The position numbers were made by a program, and so were the translations under genes. Shown piece by piece: positions 60,192 to 64,000 of a DNA stretch of 64,000 nt (position 1 is its first letter; every line of letters begins with the position of its first letter). The notes under the pieces are model-generated. The model did no database searches. It was not told the origin of the DNA and was given only the letters and a program-made list of their open reading frames with translations. This DNA is from Candidatus Woesearchaeota archaeon. Lineage in GTDB: Archaea; Nanobdellota; Nanobdellia; Woesearchaeales; JABGUJ01. The stretch lies in contig JABGUJ010000001.1 of the NCBI GenBank assembly GCA_018646625.1, forward strand, positions 317,534 through 381,533, given 5' to 3'.

Positions 60192-60747
60192 CACAACTTT
60201 CGAATTGTTGAGTTTTATCCCAACCACAACTTCCTTCAACACATTTACAAGAAACCAATTCATAACATTCCGCTTCTGGCAAAACAGAACAAACACTATA
60301 TCTCATATCTAAATATCTTGAAGTGCACATTTCACCATTACATCCCGCAACTATGCAATCATCATCCCCTTTGCAATCATAATCAACCAAAAATTTTTTC
60401 TCTTTATCTTTAACACTCACCGTAACAATATTTGAAACCAATCCATCAATAGATACTTTAACTTCATACCCCCCTATTTTTTCAAAAATATGTAGATTTT
60501 CTATGATTTGGTCTTTACACTCAACCTCATGAGCATATAGTTCTCCATCTCCCCAATTCCAATTAACTAAAACAGACGAATCACATTCAAGATTATTTAG
60601 GCCCAATTCAAACTCAACTTGAAAAGGCGCACTACCTGTATTATTAGAGTGATTAAGAATAACGCTCGGTTCTACAACAGAACCACATCCAAAAATAAAC
60701 AACAAAAACACTAAAAACCATTTCATAGAAATAAAAAAATAAAACAA
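60163..60747 (-). CDS. Lipoprotein with PKD-like domain and eight-cysteine cluster domain
   Basis: IFGC lipobox, WNWGDG, C..DDDC..GCNGEMC...C...C....C.C..G.CGW. Confidence 0.75.
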   Translation of the reverse strand: MFYFFISMKWFLVFLLFIFGCGSVVEPSVILNHSNNTGSAPFQVEFELGLNNLECDSSVLVNWNWGDGELYAHEVECKDQIIENLHIFEKIGGYEVKVSIDGLVSNIVTVSVKDKEKKFLVDYDCKGDDDCIVAGCNGEMCTSRYLDMRYSVCSVLPEAECYELVSCKCVEGSCGWDKTQQFESCVKMRKEDRS

Positions 60748-60757
60748 CTATAAGAAT

Positions 60758-61462
60758 TTAATGAAGCAATCTAGATCTTTCTTCTTCATAAAACAAATGA
60801 GATGCTTTCCCCATTTCTGCATGAAAGTGATCTGCCTCTGTTCTTACTTGTAACTCCATTTTTTGACCCCTATAGATTACTTTGAGGTGTCTGGCTCTAT
60901 ATCCATTCATTTTCTCAACAAGCCTGAACGCATCATTAGGATCAACATCAGGAGACAAAGTAAGATTATCTAACAAGAATTCAGAAACATATAATGCATC
61001 AGCTTCGGTAGGTGTTACTATTCTTGCTCTATGAACATCACCAAGTTCTCCAGTCATTTCTTCACCTAGCGCAGCTCTTAACATTTTTTCTTCTAAAGAA
61101 TCAAGACTTTTTTCATTAGTAAAAAGCATAGATACTCTTGCATTTGGATTTCTGGATGTGTAATTACCATTTACACCTCCAATTAATTCATAAGGATGCA
61201 TTCCGAGTTCATCCGCTTCTAGAACATATTGTGCCAATTCACCTAAACTTGATCTGCCTTCTTTTATCAAAGCATATAGCGCAGCCGTTTTTTCTGCTTC
61301 ACCTACAACATCACCAACAAGGCGTCTTTCTAATCTTTCACCCATAAAAATAGGTATTTGTTCACCACCTGTAGGCAAAGCAAGCCCCATACTCAACGGG
61401 CATTCTCTTATCAGCTCAAGTCTTGTTTCTTCGTCCATTTTCCCCATAGCTCCATTAGTCAA
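60758..61462 (-). CDS. RelA/SpoT synthetase-domain protein (small alarmone synthetase-like)
   Basis: EKSLDSLEEK, DVHRARIV, NGYRARH, ELQVRT..H.HAE.G.ASH..Y. Confidence 0.72.
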   Translation of the reverse strand: MTNGAMGKMDEETRLELIRECPLSMGLALPTGGEQIPIFMGERLERRLVGDVVGEAEKTAALYALIKEGRSSLGELAQYVLEADELGMHPYELIGGVNGNYTSRNPNARVSMLFTNEKSLDSLEEKMLRAALGEEMTGELGDVHRARIVTPTEADALYVSEFLLDNLTLSPDVDPNDAFRLVEKMNGYRARHLKVIYRGQKMELQVRTEADHFHAEMGKASHLFYEEERSRLLH

Positions 61463-61549
61463 CCAAGCCTAACGCTTTCTAGCCACACAATCTAAGGGGT
61501 TAGTTTTTTATTTAAACGTTGTGACAAACCAACACCTATTAACGGCGTT

Positions 61550-61567
61550 TTGACACATATGTGTCAA
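61550..61567. promoter_or_regulatory. Perfect 18-bp palindrome, putative operator
   Basis: TTGACACATATGTGTCAA. Confidence 0.55.
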
Positions 61568-61748
61568 CCAACTAGTTTGGAATCTTCCAAAAGAAACATT
61601 TAAATACTGTATTTTCTTATTTTCAGAATAAAAATCCTAAATTCGGCCCATTAGTCTGAATTTGGGTGCTTTTTGCTTTAAAATCAGAAAAAGCTAAAGA
61701 AAATCAGTAATTCGCTCTGATTTTCAGAGAGATGGACGTCCAAACAAA

Positions 61749-62039
61749 GTGAAGAAGTATCCCAAGATTGTCCAATGCGATAAGCGTGGGCAAATTGTAA
61801 TACCAAAAGACATCAGAGATGAGCTTGGGATAGCCGAAGGCTCCGGTTTCTACATGTATTCTGTTACAGACGAAGGAATTCTACTCAAAAAAATACCGGA
61901 AGAGACTCTTGGAGATCAAGATAAAATTCTCGACGAGATCAAAGATAAGGGAAAGCAGATTGGTGTAAGGTCGAAGAACGTAGAGAAATCTGTGAAAGAT
62001 TATAACAAAAAAGGCAGAGGCAAGCTGGAAGAAATATGA
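61749..62039 (+). CDS. AbrB/MazE/SpoVT-family DNA-binding protein
   Basis: DKRGQIVIPKDIRDELGI.EG. Confidence 0.88.
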   Translation: MKKYPKIVQCDKRGQIVIPKDIRDELGIAEGSGFYMYSVTDEGILLKKIPEETLGDQDKILDEIKDKGKQIGVRSKNVEKSVKDYNKKGRGKLEEI

Positions 62040-64000
62040 AGCAAGAACATAAGACGGTAACATTGGTGATCGGCTTAATGATAGTTGCGACTCTTGCATT
62101 CAACCTATTCTTTGGCGGTTCAAACATCACAGGCAGATATGTACTTCAACCAGAAAGAGGAACGTTCCACTTAGATTATGATATCAAATTAGAACATGAT
62201 TTCTATGATTATCCTGCAGATGGAATTTCTGCTGCGATTGTAATAAATGACAGCATAGAACTAGATTGTGATGAATCCGTTCTAAACGGAAACGGCCAAG
62301 GAATTGGTATACTAGTAAATGCGCCAAATGTAATACTAAAAGATTGTGTAATTGATAACTACGCGTACGGAATTTACGTTAACACAACATCAAGGCCTGT
62401 AATTATTGGTGGAGAAATAACCGGCAGCGATGAGAAAGACATATTTTACTTAGGTGAAGTTTCCGAGGGATTCTCAGCAGATAACTTTGATTCTGCATTA
62501 TCAACCGATTTTGATAGAGAAGATTTAGAAGAAATAGAAGAACTTCAATTAGGAAAAATAAACAAAGGAAAGATTGTATTTGGAACCGCACAATCTGCTT
62601 CGCTATACGGAACTAGTTCGGCAGAAACAATTGATGTATCCAACACAAACCTAGATGATGCAGTAACGATTGAACATAATTTAATTAGTGTAGATTCTGA
62701 TAATTATCCGGAATTGGACGTACCTTCAACTTTAACATTCTTTGATCTAGATTACGACAACACTCCGATTATTTACAAAGACAACCAACCATGTGGCGAA
62801 GAGTGTGAAATTCTAGAATATGCATATGGTGTGCTAGTATTCTATGTAGACCATTTCTCTAATTATACAACAGGAGCAAATGCAAACCTAACGACAGGGG
62901 ATGATTCAGATTCACCTCCAAAATATATAAACCAAGACATAACCTTCTGGGCGATATATCAAAACGCATCCACCGGCCTCATACTAAACAGCTCAAATGC
63001 AAACGCAAGTTGTAATATCACATTTACAAATGGAACCACAAATAGCATGACATTTGTATCCGGAACAGGTTTCATGATATTGGCTAATATTACAACAGCA
63101 GGAACTAGCCATGTGAATATGAGTTGTAACGGAACAGGATATGAAACACTAAACTTAACAGAGTATTATACAGTAAACACACTAGGAAATGTAACTTATG
63201 ATGAATTTCCAATGACTACACCAGATTTATCTTCTTTAACAGGGGAGCAATTGGAAAACTACACAGGTGCAGAGATATCTAACAGTTACGGAAACATATG
63301 GTATGAAAACAGCGCAGTAAACTTTACAAACTTAAATTTGAACGATTTAATAGAGATATCGCAAAATTCAATATTTGTAAATGTAACTGCCGCACAAACA
63401 CTAAACAAATCTGCAAGACTATACATAGCAAATCTGACATTTAACCATACGCCGACCATATTTATGGATGGAGAAATATGTGCGCCCCCAGACTGTAATA
63501 TAACAACATACACTGCAGGAGATTTATATTTTTATATATCACACTTCACAACATACACAACAGGAATAGGTACAAATCTAACAGCATTCGATATAAGTGA
63601 CCCGGAAGGCGGCGCCATAAACAAACAAATAGAGCAGCAAGCAACATTCTTTGCTAACTACACAAACAGAACTAGCGGAGCAGCAATCACCGGGGCAGCC
63701 TGTACAATAAACTTCTCTGACAACTCAACCGAATTCAATGCAATGACCTATAATGTAACATCTGAATTATATGAATACAACAGAAGCTTCTCTACAGCAA
63801 CATCTTACACATATACAATAAATTGTACGAGCAACGATTTTGAGAACTTATCAGCATCCGACTCAATAACAATATCCTCAACCTTAAGCGCGCCCATACT
63901 TATGCAGTTGGCTCAAGTACAAATATCTTCACCAATACAAGTATATGGTTATACTAATGAAACTGGAGTTAATGTGACTGTTTTTGCACAACAACCAACA
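62036..64000 (+). CDS. Large surface (glyco)protein with beta-helix and repeated HF(S/T) domains; runs off the window
   Basis: Not in track (no stop in window). MKQEHKTVTLVIGLMIVATLAFNLFFGGSNITGRYV...; repeats VDHFSNYTTG and ISHFTTYTTG; many N-x-S/T sequons; ATGA overlap with the abrB-like gene. Confidence 0.82.
   Translation, partial: MKQEHKTVTLVIGLMIVATLAFNLFFGGSNITGRYVLQPERGTFHLDYDIKLEHDFYDYPADGISAAIVINDSIELDCDESVLNGNGQGIGILVNAPNVILKDCVIDNYAYGIYVNTTSRPVIIGGEITGSDEKDIFYLGEVSEGFSADNFDSALSTDFDREDLEEIEELQLGKINKGKIVFGTAQSASLYGTSSAETIDVSNTNLDDAVTIEHNLISVDSDNYPELDVPSTLTFFDLDYDNTPIIYKDNQPCGEECEILEYAYGVLVFYVDHFSNYTTGANANLTTGDDSDSPPKYINQDITFWAIYQNASTGLILNSSNANASCNITFTNGTTNSMTFVSGTGFMILANITTAGTSHVNMSCNGTGYETLNLTEYYTVNTLGNVTYDEFPMTTPDLSSLTGEQLENYTGAEISNSYGNIWYENSAVNFTNLNLNDLIEISQNSIFVNVTAAQTLNKSARLYIANLTFNHTPTIFMDGEICAPPDCNITTYTAGDLYFYISHFTTYTTGIGTNLTAFDISDPEGGAINKQIEQQATFFANYTNRTSGAAITGAACTINFSDNSTEFNAMTYNVTSELYEYNRSFSTATSYTYTINCTSNDFENLSASDSITISSTLSAPILMQLAQVQISSPIQVYGYTNETGVNVTVFAQQPT

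Noticed and set aside
1187..63513. Many short (60-150 aa) track ORFs antisense to or nested in long genes
   Set aside because: Shadow ORFs of well-supported genes, with no motifs or translation signals

Overview
Chromosomal segment of an AT-rich archaeon. The gene content and style (Woesearchaeota-like lipoproteins, TM-'ITG' surface proteins, alpha4 EndA, R15P isomerase) point to DPANN, probably Woesearchaeota; this is inference. The window holds a replication and information-processing core: cdc6/orc1 with an adjacent ORB-flanked origin, PolD DP1/DP2, MCM, TBP, TFE, RFC, FEN1, Hjc, an RPA-like subunit, PheRS, TyrS, pelota, RNase Z, EndA, Trm5, PAN, L14e and L34e. RNA genes are an intron-containing tRNA-Trp and a stand-alone box C/D sRNA. 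The most striking accessory feature is a ~14 kb cell-envelope cluster (6.8-20.9 kb). It contains three paralogous lipoproteins; a multi-TM protein carrying the same domain fused to a degenerate lytic-transglycosylase-like domain and an intact M23 peptidoglycan peptidase; a class III signal (pilin-like) Cys-rich protein; and a 1472-aa internally duplicated protein. Other surprises are a RelA/SpoT-type small alarmone synthetase homolog, an ArmA/RmtB(FmrO)-like methyltransferase and an Fe-S HhH-like gene in the PolD operon, extra ORB-like boxes 14 kb from the origin, and a tRNA intron whose C/D guides predict Cm34 and Cm39. All calls were made by eye from motifs; no database searches were run.
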